DNA from: a virus
DNA: 39,673 nucleotides
IMG/VR virus record: IMGVR_UViG_3300045988_108579
Coordinates: 1-39,673 of that record
Direction: 5' to 3' (one strand)
The position numbers and the translations under genes were made by a program. The notes below the pieces were generated by a model that had not been told where the DNA came from, made no database searches, and saw only the letters and a program-made list of their open reading frames with translations. Below, piece after piece: positions 5,170 through 12,145 of the stretch; positions within the stretch are counted from its first letter, which is position 1, and each line of letters starts with the position of its first letter.

Positions 5170-5429
5170 TTCCGAAGGAGACGAAGTGCAAGTACTGCGG
5201 GCGGCCGGTTTTGTTCGTGCCGGGGCCGCGGGGGCTTTTGTGCGTGGAGGCGTCGCTGACGCCGTACCGCTTCCGCCGGGCGGAGGAGAGCAGCCACGAC
5301 ATGGTGACGCTCTACACCAACAGCGGCACGCCGCTGCCGGTGATCGAGTGCGAGGAGGACGAAATGTGCGGGGCGGCACACAAATTCCATTTCTGCCCGA
5401 ACAAGAAGAGAGAGAGGAAAACGAAATGA
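5166..5429 (+). CDS. Hypothetical Cys-rich (zinc-ribbon-like) protein.
   Basis: 87 aa. ATGA overlap upstream. CKYCG...C...CEEDEMCG...HFC. Confidence 0.55.
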   Translation: MIPKETKCKYCGRPVLFVPGPRGLLCVEASLTPYRFRRAEESSHDMVTLYTNSGTPLPVIECEEDEMCGAAHKFHFCPNKKRERKTK

Positions 5430-5635
5430 GCAGGAGCAAAGCAATGTTTATCACAACGATGGTGATGGCGCTTCTGGCGGCGGTGATCTACTTCATATGG
5501 CGCTACGGGCGCGGGTTCGGCATCATCGAGGCGCTGTTCGCGCTATACGGCTACGCCTCCTTCGCCGCCGACATCTGCCGGTGGATGCGCCTGCCGGACG
5601 CGGCGATCCTCCAGAGAGGCGGGCGGCACGGATGA
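5426..5635 (+). CDS. Small membrane protein.
   Basis: ATG 5426 overlaps the upstream stop (ATGA). MSRSKAMFITTMVMALLAAVIYFIW...IIEALFALYGYASFAADI has two hydrophobic segments. Confidence 0.55.
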   Translation: MSRSKAMFITTMVMALLAAVIYFIWRYGRGFGIIEALFALYGYASFAADICRWMRLPDAAILQRGGRHG

Positions 5636-5853
5636 AGGCTTGCCCGTTCTGCGGCGCGGAGGCGCGGCGCTCCATAGCCCCGGCGAAGGGGCATCCGATG
5701 GGGACCTACATTGCGACGATCCGCTGCGGGAACCCGCACTGCGGCGCGGAGATGCACACGCTGTATCCGGCGCCGCCGTGGACGAAGGACCCCGTGCGGC
5801 AGGCAAGGCTTGAAATCGAAAGACGGTGGAACAGGAGGTGCGGCGGTGGCTGA
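5632..5853 (+). CDS. Lar-family restriction-alleviation-like protein.
   Basis: ATGA overlap. MKACPFCGAEA...IRCGNPHCGAEM...ARLEIERRWNRR matches the Lar pattern (CPFCG ... C..CG ... WNRR). Confidence 0.55.
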   Translation: MKACPFCGAEARRSIAPAKGHPMGTYIATIRCGNPHCGAEMHTLYPAPPWTKDPVRQARLEIERRWNRRCGGG

Positions 5854-6304
5854 ATACATAGAACGCAAAGCGGCGATCAAAGCAATCTATGAAAGCGATC
5901 CTAACGGCATTCGCCGAACACTCGGGTTTAATGTGGGACAAATCGAAGAAGCGCTACGGGCTATCCCGGCCGCCGACGTTGCGCCTGTACAACATGGGCA
6001 GTGGATTGCCGAAGGGGAAGAACAAAACGATAGAAGGAAATCAATGGGCCGACTGATTTCTGCTGACGCATTGATAAAGAACCATTTTTCGGACGAACAC
6101 AACATTGCTTTGTCTTATGCCAACAAGATATGGATGCGGCAAATCATAAATGCTGAGCCGACCGTTGACGCCGTTCCGCGAGAACTTTTTGACAAGCTGC
6201 TGAAAGACATGTGCGAAATGTGCTTCATGTGGGGTGATGGGCTGTGTCCATTTTGCAAGTGGAAGGAGTACCGGACAGATGCAAATGAACCGGATGGAGC
6301 ATGA
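5846..6304 (+). CDS. Hypothetical protein with an internal duplication and a C-terminal Cys cluster.
   Basis: GTG 5846 lies 7 nt after GGAGG. Two similar segments end in ...IPAADVAPV and ...AEPTVDAVP. The C-terminus is CEMCFMWGDGLCPFCKW. The region is lower in GC. Confidence 0.5.
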   Translation: MAEYIERKAAIKAIYESDPNGIRRTLGFNVGQIEEALRAIPAADVAPVQHGQWIAEGEEQNDRRKSMGRLISADALIKNHFSDEHNIALSYANKIWMRQIINAEPTVDAVPRELFDKLLKDMCEMCFMWGDGLCPFCKWKEYRTDANEPDGA

Positions 6305-6425
6305 CCTCTGGGTGCGGGCGGTGGACGAGCTTTGCCGGGCGTGTCCGTTTACGGCCTGCCCCGGACAGGAGAAGTGCATGAGGATTGCGGAGCGGATTGT
6401 GGAGATGAAGGAGGAGCTGAGATGA
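6279..6425 (+). CDS. Small hypothetical Cys-containing protein, 48 aa.
   Basis: ATG 6279 follows GGAAGGAG. MQMNRMEHDLWVRAVDELCRACPFTACPGQEKCMRIAERIVEMKEELR. Confidence 0.4.
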   Translation: MQMNRMEHDLWVRAVDELCRACPFTACPGQEKCMRIAERIVEMKEELR

Positions 6426-6745
6426 AAAAACTGGCCATGATATCGCAGCCGATGGCGGGGAGATCAACATGGGAAATTGACGATACACGAAATCGAGCTA
6501 TCGCCGAGCTGGAACAGCGCGGGTATTACGTTGTGAACACGTTTTTTACAGGCGCATGGCACGGCAAGGAGAAATTGGAGGGTCAGGGCGTTGTCCAAAT
6601 CTCTCTTCACTTCCTTGCAAAGTCATTGGAAAAGATGAGCTTTTGCCACGCTGTCTACTTCTGCCGAGGGTGGCAGGATGCACGGGGCTGCCGCATTGAG
6701 CATGACGTGGCGGTAGCCTACGGGCTTGAGGTGATCGAGGAATGA
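6422..6745 (+). CDS. DUF4406 / nucleoside 2-deoxyribosyltransferase-like protein.
   Basis: ATGA overlap. MKKLAMISQPMAGRS...GYYVVN...CHAVYFCRGWQDARGCRIEHDVAVAYGLEVI resembles the ISGPMTG...GW..S.G...E motif set of that superfamily. Confidence 0.5.
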   Translation: MKKLAMISQPMAGRSTWEIDDTRNRAIAELEQRGYYVVNTFFTGAWHGKEKLEGQGVVQISLHFLAKSLEKMSFCHAVYFCRGWQDARGCRIEHDVAVAYGLEVIEE

Positions 6746-6822
6746 AGGAGCGGGTTTTGTGGGCTTGCGGGGCGTGCGCCGCTGCGGCGGCGCTGCTCGC
6801 GGTGCTGGGGCATATCTTTTAG
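6742..6822 (+). CDS. Possible 26-aa hydrophobic micro-peptide.
   Basis: ATGA-coupled to the upstream stop. MKERVLWACGACAAAAALLAVLGHIF. The translational coupling is the only support. Confidence 0.2.
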   Translation: MKERVLWACGACAAAAALLAVLGHIF

Positions 6823-6896
6823 CCGAAACGGGCGGAAGGCCCGTCGTATGGGGATGGCCGCCCATGCCTGATGATGGCAGGCCGAAGAAAGGACGG

Positions 6897-7253
6897 ATGT
6901 GTATGTCAGCTGTGGAAAAGATCGAGCGGCAGCAGGCGAAGGAAAAGGGGCGCACCGCCGCGTGGATGGTGGGAGAGCAGCTCAAGGACATGGCCCGGCG
7001 GGAGCCGGAGAGCGCGGAGCTGCTCGACAAGGATCTTGATATCCCGGAAATGAGCATCCAGCAGGCCGAGAAGAAGATCAAGGCCTACGCGGACGCGCAC
7101 AAGACCGGGAGCTTTGCGTGTGTGACGCCGGTGGAGGCCGAGAGGATCTTGCGGGAGTTTTACGGATTGACGGCGCGGGAGGAGCAGAGCAGCGCCCCTA
7201 CGGGCGATAATGGGGGCGACGCCGGGATCATCGATCTGGGGGCGTTTTTATGA
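6897..7253 (+). CDS. PcfK-like protein (tentative).
   Basis: Start at ATG 6897 or 6903, after GAAAGGA. ...MSIQQAEKKIKAYADAHKTGSFACVTPVEAERILREFYGL resembles PcfK-like proteins. It lies directly upstream of a PcfJ-like gene, as in pCF10-type elements. The N-terminal 46 codons of the track ORF were rejected. Confidence 0.45.
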   Translation: MCMSAVEKIERQQAKEKGRTAAWMVGEQLKDMARREPESAELLDKDLDIPEMSIQQAEKKIKAYADAHKTGSFACVTPVEAERILREFYGLTAREEQSSAPTGDNGGDAGIIDLGAFL

Positions 7254-8860
7254 CGCTATCGGAAACGCCGCCGGAGGGGCTTCTGGACTGGATCAAGGCG
7301 CAGAAGCTCGACTGGCGGGACTATTTCATCTACCGCGCCGGCTGGCAGACGGATCCGCTGACGGGCCTGCGGCACAAGTGCGTGGACGCCGTATGCTCGG
7401 CGTGCGGGGAGACGGTGAAGCTATCGTATGTGCCGGGCGGAGGATGCGGACATGCGGGATACAGCACGCCGTTCGGATTTCTGCATCCGGTGAGCGGGGA
7501 CGCGCTCATAAGCGGCAACAAGCTCGCCTGCCCGATGTGCGGCGAGGCGGTGGAGGCAAAGCATGTGTCAAACGCGCAGCGGCTTGCGCGCTATGTCTGG
7601 CCGATGACGGCGGAGGCGCAGGGCGGGAAGCTGCTGCTCTATCTCTGGCGGGTGTGCCGGGACGTGGAGAAGAGCGGGCGCGTCACATGGCGTGTTGACC
7701 CGTGGGAGGTATACGCCTTCGGCGGGACGAGCGCCGCGCGCTGGCGGCACTGGCAGAAATTCATGTCCTCGACTTACATTCTCCCCGGCTGGGAGGAGCG
7801 GAAGCGGTTTGCCGACACGATGTTCGACGTGGATCTCGTGTACTGCCCGGAGGGGCTGGCGAACATCTACGCGCAGACGGAGTGCGCCAACTGCAAGCTC
7901 GAGACCTATATGGGAGTGGAGACGGAATACCGCTTCCCGGTCGCATGGATGAAGATATGGCAGCGGCACAGGAACGCCGAGGCGCTGACGGCGCCGAACG
8001 CCAAAAAGCTCGCGGCGGCTCTCATCGCCGAGGGGAAGCGCTCTCCGGTGTATAACAAAAACTGGTCGGAGAAGACCGACGTGCTGCACGGCGTGGACTG
8101 GAAAAGGAAAAAGCCGCACGAGCTGCTGCGGATGACGAAGGAGGAGCTCAACTACTTCAACGGCGCGAAGAACGCGCCGAAGCGCTTGAAGGCGCTGCTG
8201 CTCGCTCGGAAATACGGTGTGGCCTGCCGTCTCGGCGAGGAGGTCACAAAGGTGGCGGAGTGGCAGCAGGAGGACTTTCTGAAGCGCGGGGTGCTGCCGG
8301 GCAAGGCCGAGAGGTATCTTGACAGGCAGGCGGCGCGGTATAAAAACCGGCTATGGCCGGGGTATCTGCTGGACTACTGGACGATGGCCGAAAGGCTCGG
8401 CGAGGATCTCACCGAGCGGGACGTGATGTGGCCGCAGAATCTCAAGCGGGCGCACGATCAGATGCAGGAGCGGCAGAAGGCAGAGGCCGCCGAGAAACGG
8501 CGGGAGGCTTTTCAACAGCGCTATGAGCGCATGAAAAAGTACGCCTTTGAGGACGGGGACATTCTCATTCGACCGTGCGGAACGGAGGAGGAACTCATCG
8601 CCGAGGGCAAGGCGCTGCACCACTGCGTCGCCTCCTACGCCGAGCGGCACGCGCGGGGAGAGCTCACGATCTTCTTTATCCGGCGGAAGGACAAACCGGA
8701 TGAGCCGTGGTATACGCTCAACTTCAACGAGAAGAAGCTCTCGGTGACGGAGAACCGGGGCAAGTGCAACTGTGCGCGCACCGACGAGGTACGAAACTTT
8801 GAAAATACATGGCTGGAGTGGGTGCGCTCCGGCCGGAAACGGAGGACAAGCGCAGCGTGA
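7250..8860 (+). CDS. PcfJ-like protein.
   Basis: 536 aa. The C-terminus LIAEGKALHHCVASYAERHARGELTIFFIRRKDKPDEPWYTLNFNEKKLSVTENRGKCN matches the PcfJ signature (EG..L.HCV..Y......G...I..IR ... T.E ... RG..N). The N-terminus has CxxC pairs. Confidence 0.65.
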   Translation: MTLSETPPEGLLDWIKAQKLDWRDYFIYRAGWQTDPLTGLRHKCVDAVCSACGETVKLSYVPGGGCGHAGYSTPFGFLHPVSGDALISGNKLACPMCGEAVEAKHVSNAQRLARYVWPMTAEAQGGKLLLYLWRVCRDVEKSGRVTWRVDPWEVYAFGGTSAARWRHWQKFMSSTYILPGWEERKRFADTMFDVDLVYCPEGLANIYAQTECANCKLETYMGVETEYRFPVAWMKIWQRHRNAEALTAPNAKKLAAALIAEGKRSPVYNKNWSEKTDVLHGVDWKRKKPHELLRMTKEELNYFNGAKNAPKRLKALLLARKYGVACRLGEEVTKVAEWQQEDFLKRGVLPGKAERYLDRQAARYKNRLWPGYLLDYWTMAERLGEDLTERDVMWPQNLKRAHDQMQERQKAEAAEKRREAFQQRYERMKKYAFEDGDILIRPCGTEEELIAEGKALHHCVASYAERHARGELTIFFIRRKDKPDEPWYTLNFNEKKLSVTENRGKCNCARTDEVRNFENTWLEWVRSGRKRRTSAA

Positions 8861-9837
8861 ATGATCTTATCAAAACGGAGGACATGACGCCGGAGCAGCT
8901 CGGCGGCGAGATCCGGCTGCTGACGCGTCAGGCGCGGCAGATGGTGCTCGAGTACGGCATCCAGATCGGGTACCGGCTCCAGCTTGCGAAGGACAAGGTA
9001 GGCGAGGACTTCGCCGGATGGGTGGAGCGCGAAACGGAGATCAGCAAGTCGAGCGCTTACCGCTTCATCAAGCTCTACAACGAGTACGGATCTGCGCAGG
9101 GGTCGCTTCTGGGCGTGGAGAACATTTTCCCAACGTTGGGAAAAATCAGTGTTTCCAATGCTTTGCGGCTTCTTGCCGTGCCGGAGGAGGAGCGGGAGGA
9201 CTTCGCCCGCGAGGTGGACGCCGAGCACATTTCGGCCCGCGATCTGGAGGAGGCGATCCGCGAGCGGGACGAAGCGCGAAAGCATCTCGAGACGGCGGAC
9301 AGGGAGCTCGGAGAGGCGCAAAAGGCGCTCCGGGACACTGAGGCCGAGCTTGCCGAGACGAAGGACGCGCTGGAGGACCAGCGCGTGAAGCGCGAGGACG
9401 CCGAGGACGCGGCGCAGAAGATGGAGGCGATGCTGCGCGAGGCGGAGAGCCGCCCGGTGGAGGTAGCCATTGACGAGACGGCAGTGCAGAGGGCCGTGGA
9501 GGAGGCGAAGGCCGCCGCCGCGGAGGAAAAGAAAAAGGCCGTGGCGGAGCTTGAAAAGAAGCTGAAGGACGCGGAGAGCGCCGCGAGGGACGCCGGAAAG
9601 AGCGCGGGCGCGGCGGCGGAAAAGGCCAGGGCCGAGGCAGAGGAGCTGCGGAAGCGGCTGGCGGCCGCGCAGAGCGGGGCAAACGAGGTGATTTTGCTTG
9701 TGAAGCTCGCGCAGGAAAACTTCAATCTGGCTGTGGAAAAGCTGCATGTGATGAAGAGCACGGACGGCGAGACGGCGGACAAGCTGCTCGCGGGGACGAG
9801 GAAGATCTTGGAAACGCTGATCGGGAGGTGCGGATAA
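8857..9837 (+). CDS. DUF3102-like protein with a long acidic coiled coil.
   Basis: A GTG at 8857 (GTGA overlap) is the likely start. ATG 8884 is an alternative. The N-terminus EIRLLTRQARQMVLEYGIQIGYRLQLAKDKVGEDFAGWVERETEISKSSAYRFIKLY fits the DUF3102 pattern. The remainder is Ala/Glu/Lys coiled coil. Confidence 0.55.
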   Translation: MNDLIKTEDMTPEQLGGEIRLLTRQARQMVLEYGIQIGYRLQLAKDKVGEDFAGWVERETEISKSSAYRFIKLYNEYGSAQGSLLGVENIFPTLGKISVSNALRLLAVPEEEREDFAREVDAEHISARDLEEAIRERDEARKHLETADRELGEAQKALRDTEAELAETKDALEDQRVKREDAEDAAQKMEAMLREAESRPVEVAIDETAVQRAVEEAKAAAAEEKKKAVAELEKKLKDAESAARDAGKSAGAAAEKARAEAEELRKRLAAAQSGANEVILLVKLAQENFNLAVEKLHVMKSTDGETADKLLAGTRKILETLIGRCG

Positions 9838-10421
9838 TGGCGTTTAATGATGCGGCGCTGGAGCGGGCGCTCAGGGCGGAGACGAAGGGCGGGCTGACGC
9901 TCTGCGGCGGTGTGAGCGAGCTGACGGTGATCGGCTGCGGATGGATGGCGGTCATCCCGGAAATTGAGCTGCGAGACCGTCTGCGCGGGACGCTCGGAGC
10001 ACTGGTGGAGATGCTGGGGTATATCCCGGGCATGGAGACGGTGCAGATCATGCGGAGCAAGGGAGCATTTGTCGTTAATACCGTGCTGCCGGAGGTCGTG
10101 GGCGAGGAGATCGCCGGGTACATAGTAGAAGAAGACGAGGAGGAGATCCGCCCGACTGGACTGCGGCTGGGGCTGGACTTCCTGATGCAGAAGAAAACCG
10201 GAGAGATCGTCGGAGTGACACAGCGGGGCGCAAGTCTGGGCGTGCGCCGGTACTCAATTACGCCGAACGGGATCGTCCGGCAGGAGGACGGCGACACCGG
10301 CGAGCGGCTGTACCGCCGCGGCTATCGCCCGCGCGAGGACACGGACAGCGAGGCGACGCTCCGAAAGTGGCGGCATCTGGAGGCAATGAGCTGGTGCGAT
10401 TGGGACGCGCCGGAGGAATAA
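9837..10421 (+). CDS. Hypothetical protein.
   Basis: ATG 9837 lies 6 nt after GGGAGGTG and overlaps the upstream TAA. 194 aa with no motif I recognise. Confidence 0.6.
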   Translation: MAFNDAALERALRAETKGGLTLCGGVSELTVIGCGWMAVIPEIELRDRLRGTLGALVEMLGYIPGMETVQIMRSKGAFVVNTVLPEVVGEEIAGYIVEEDEEEIRPTGLRLGLDFLMQKKTGEIVGVTQRGASLGVRRYSITPNGIVRQEDGDTGERLYRRGYRPREDTDSEATLRKWRHLEAMSWCDWDAPEE

Positions 10422-10440
10422 AAACAAGGAGGATAAAAAC

Positions 10441-10938
10441 ATGGATTTCAAAAATGCACTCGAGGCAATGAAACACGGGGAGGCGGTGAAGCTGCCGTCG
10501 TGGGGCGGCTTCTGGCGATGGGATGCCGAGAAGCGGACCATCATCATGCACACCAAAGAAGGAAAGGAAATGGACATCCGCGAGACGCAGGTCGTGGAAT
10601 ACACGCTGCTGAACGTCCTGTCGGACGAGTGGGTGATTGCCGGGCTTGAAAACTGCCCGGCGCTCGGCGGCATAGCGCGCTTCTCCTTCAGCGAGGCGAT
10701 AAAGTATGTCAAACGCGGGATGAAAGTGCGCCGGGCCGGGTGGAACGGGCGAAATCAGCACATCGAATTGGCGGTAGACATCTGTTACTACAGCGCCACG
10801 GACGCGCAGCCGCGCAATGCGTACCATGAGGACATAGGCAGCAAGGCCATCGTGTTCTGCGGGACGCGGGGAGAGCAGATCGGCTGGCTGGCGAGTCAGG
10901 CGGACATGCTGGCGGAAGACTGGATGTTCTGCGAATGA
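10441..10938 (+). CDS. Tandem DUF2829-domain protein (Tad2-like anti-Thoeris sponge family).
   Basis: Strong RBS AAGGAGG. The C-terminal half FSEAIKYVKRGMKVRRAGWNGRNQHIEL...IGWLASQADMLAEDWMF closely matches the DUF2829 consensus (F.eAl..lk.GkkV.R.gWng...i.l ... W.asq.DlLAeDW). The N-terminal half MDFKNALEAMKHGEAVKLPSWGGFW...LLNVLSDEWVI is a second, more divergent copy. Confidence 0.75.
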   Translation: MDFKNALEAMKHGEAVKLPSWGGFWRWDAEKRTIIMHTKEGKEMDIRETQVVEYTLLNVLSDEWVIAGLENCPALGGIARFSFSEAIKYVKRGMKVRRAGWNGRNQHIELAVDICYYSATDAQPRNAYHEDIGSKAIVFCGTRGEQIGWLASQADMLAEDWMFCE

Positions 10939-11309
10939 GGTGCGAAGAGTGCGTGCATTGGCCGCCGAGCGCAATGGGTAACAAGCCCTGCTGTTTCTGC
11001 TATCCGGACACGCCGATGAACTATTTTCAAAGGAAGGAGGAACAGAAGAACATGGGAAACACGGAATTTACGGAGAAGGCAAAGAAACTCGTGCGGGAGT
11101 ACACCACGGATCACATGGACAAAGCGGACGAAACGCCGGCCTTTGAGGTGTTTGTGGTATGGAACGCTTTCATTCTCGGAAACATGAAGGCGCTTCTCTC
11201 GACGACGCTGCCGGATGGTATGTATTACGAGATCACATACAACAAGGCGAAGAACGAGATCTATCTGGACGCCTACAAGAAGTTCGAGAATATCTGCTTC
11301 GCCGTCTGA
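10935..11309 (+). CDS. Hypothetical protein. Possibly two fused units.
   Basis: ATGA-coupled start at 10935 gives a Cys-rich N-terminus (MRCEECVHW...CCFCYP). An in-frame ATG at 11052 has a very strong RBS (AAGGAAGGAGG) and would give an 85-aa protein (MGNTEFTEKAKKLV...). Confidence 0.55.
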   Translation: MRCEECVHWPPSAMGNKPCCFCYPDTPMNYFQRKEEQKNMGNTEFTEKAKKLVREYTTDHMDKADETPAFEVFVVWNAFILGNMKALLSTTLPDGMYYEITYNKAKNEIYLDAYKKFENICFAV

Positions 11310-11314
11310 AATGC

Positions 11315-11343
11315 GAAAAAAGCCCGCCGGGAGACCGGCGGGC
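11315..11343 (-). terminator. Rho-independent terminator of the reverse-oriented two-gene operon.
   Basis: 9-bp GC stem GCCCGCCGG-gaga-CCGGCGGGC. An A7 tract precedes it on the plus strand, which is a T-run on the minus strand. Confidence 0.75.
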
Positions 11344-11373
11344 GGAAGCACATTCGGCATTTCTCGCGGCGTA

Positions 11374-11556
11374 TTAACCGCATTGTGCATCATCCTTGTG
11401 TGAGAGAAAAAAAGCGATCAGCCGCACAAGGTATTCCGGCGGCTTGGAGACCTCGCTCTCCCAGTTTTCGATGCTACGTTTCGGGATTCCGAGCAGCTCG
11501 GCGAAAGCGCGCTGCGTAAGTCCGGTAGACTCACGCAGCGCCTTGATCTCACTCAT
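11374..11556 (-). CDS. Small XRE-family HTH regulator (Aca-like or antitoxin-like).
   Basis: Start at internal ATG 11556. MSEIKALRESTGLTQRAFAELLGIPKRSIENWESEVSKPPEYLVRLIAFFL. It overlaps the upstream gene by 8 nt. Confidence 0.75.
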   Translation of the reverse strand: MSEIKALRESTGLTQRAFAELLGIPKRSIENWESEVSKPPEYLVRLIAFFLSHKDDAQCG

Positions 11557-11824
11557 TGGCGGCTTCCACCTTGTTCCAGTACACCGGGCGCGGAACGTCC
11601 TTTCCCCAGTCAAAAAGAACGGAATAGAGCTCGCCGTCGTCACCGCGGCAGATCGGCGAATAACCGTCGAAAAGATCGTCGCTCAGGCTGTCGGCGTAAT
11701 TCTCGCCGCGGGTGCGGCGGATGTCGTCAAGGACGGTTTTGTCGTACTGCAACGGTGCGTCGCTCCATTTGTACCCCTTGCCTTTCAGATCAAGCTCGCG
11801 GTTGTCGATGATTTCAAATTTCAT
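11549..11824 (-). CDS. Acidic 91-aa protein of unknown function. Anti-defence or toxin candidate.
   Basis: MKFEIIDNRELDLKGKGYKWSDAPLQYDKTVLDDIRR...DDGELYSVLFDWGKDVPRPVYW. By my count it has 20 D/E against 13 K/R. It is the first gene of a promoter-operator-gene-HTH-terminator unit. Confidence 0.65.
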   Translation of the reverse strand: MKFEIIDNRELDLKGKGYKWSDAPLQYDKTVLDDIRRTRGENYADSLSDDLFDGYSPICRGDDGELYSVLFDWGKDVPRPVYWNKVEAANE

Positions 11825-11880
11825 TTTTTGTTCCTTTCCGGGGCGATGCCCCTCTGTATTTTCTGTTCCTTACGATTATT

Positions 11881-11909
11881 ATGATACCACCGAATTGGTG
11901 GTACGTCAA
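11881..11909 (-). promoter_or_regulatory. Promoter with a palindromic operator for the 11824->11374 operon.
   Basis: On the minus strand: TTGACG (11909..11904), 17 nt, TATCAT (11886..11881). The spacer holds a perfect inverted repeat TACCACC-N5-GGTGGTA (11885..11903). Confidence 0.65.
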
Positions 11910-11987
11910 GAGGAAAATCAAAATTTTTCTGTGTTTTTTGCTTTGATTTCTGCTGCCGGGGCGCGGCGGCGGAAATGAGGGCGGAAA

Positions 11988-12034
11988 GACTCCCTCCGTC
12001 AGCCTTTGGCTGACACCTCCCTCGGGGAGGGAGG
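11988..12034 (+). repeat. Double-hairpin repeat module B3.
   Basis: GACTCCCTCC, then GTCAGCC-ttt-GGCTGAC, then ACCTCCCTC-ggg-GAGGGAGG. Confidence 0.8.
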
Positions 12035-12062
12035 CAGGAGAAAAGAACGGCGATACCTATAT

Positions 12063-12086
12063 AATTCGCGTGCGCGTGCGCGAATT
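12063..12086. promoter_or_regulatory. AT-clamped alternating Py-Pu palindrome. Candidate Rep origin or nick-site hairpin.
   Basis: AATTCGCGTGCGCGTGCGCGAATT has 8-bp perfect arms (AATTCGCG/CGCGAATT) around a 16-nt uninterrupted CG/TG alternating tract. It overlaps a TATAAT hexamer (12060..12065) and lies 60 nt upstream of the HUH gene. Confidence 0.35.
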
Positions 12087-12145
12087 TTTGCGGACCTGTT
12101 AAAAGGCTATCTTTAGGACGGAGGATAAAAGGAGTGACGGCTTAC

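Noticed and set aside
6759-6896. Upstream 46 codons of the PcfK-like ORF (MGLRGVRRCGGAARGAG...).
   Set aside because: The composition is Gly/Arg/Ala-rich and there is no RBS. A GAAAGGA site precedes the ATG at 6897/6903, where the conserved sequence begins.
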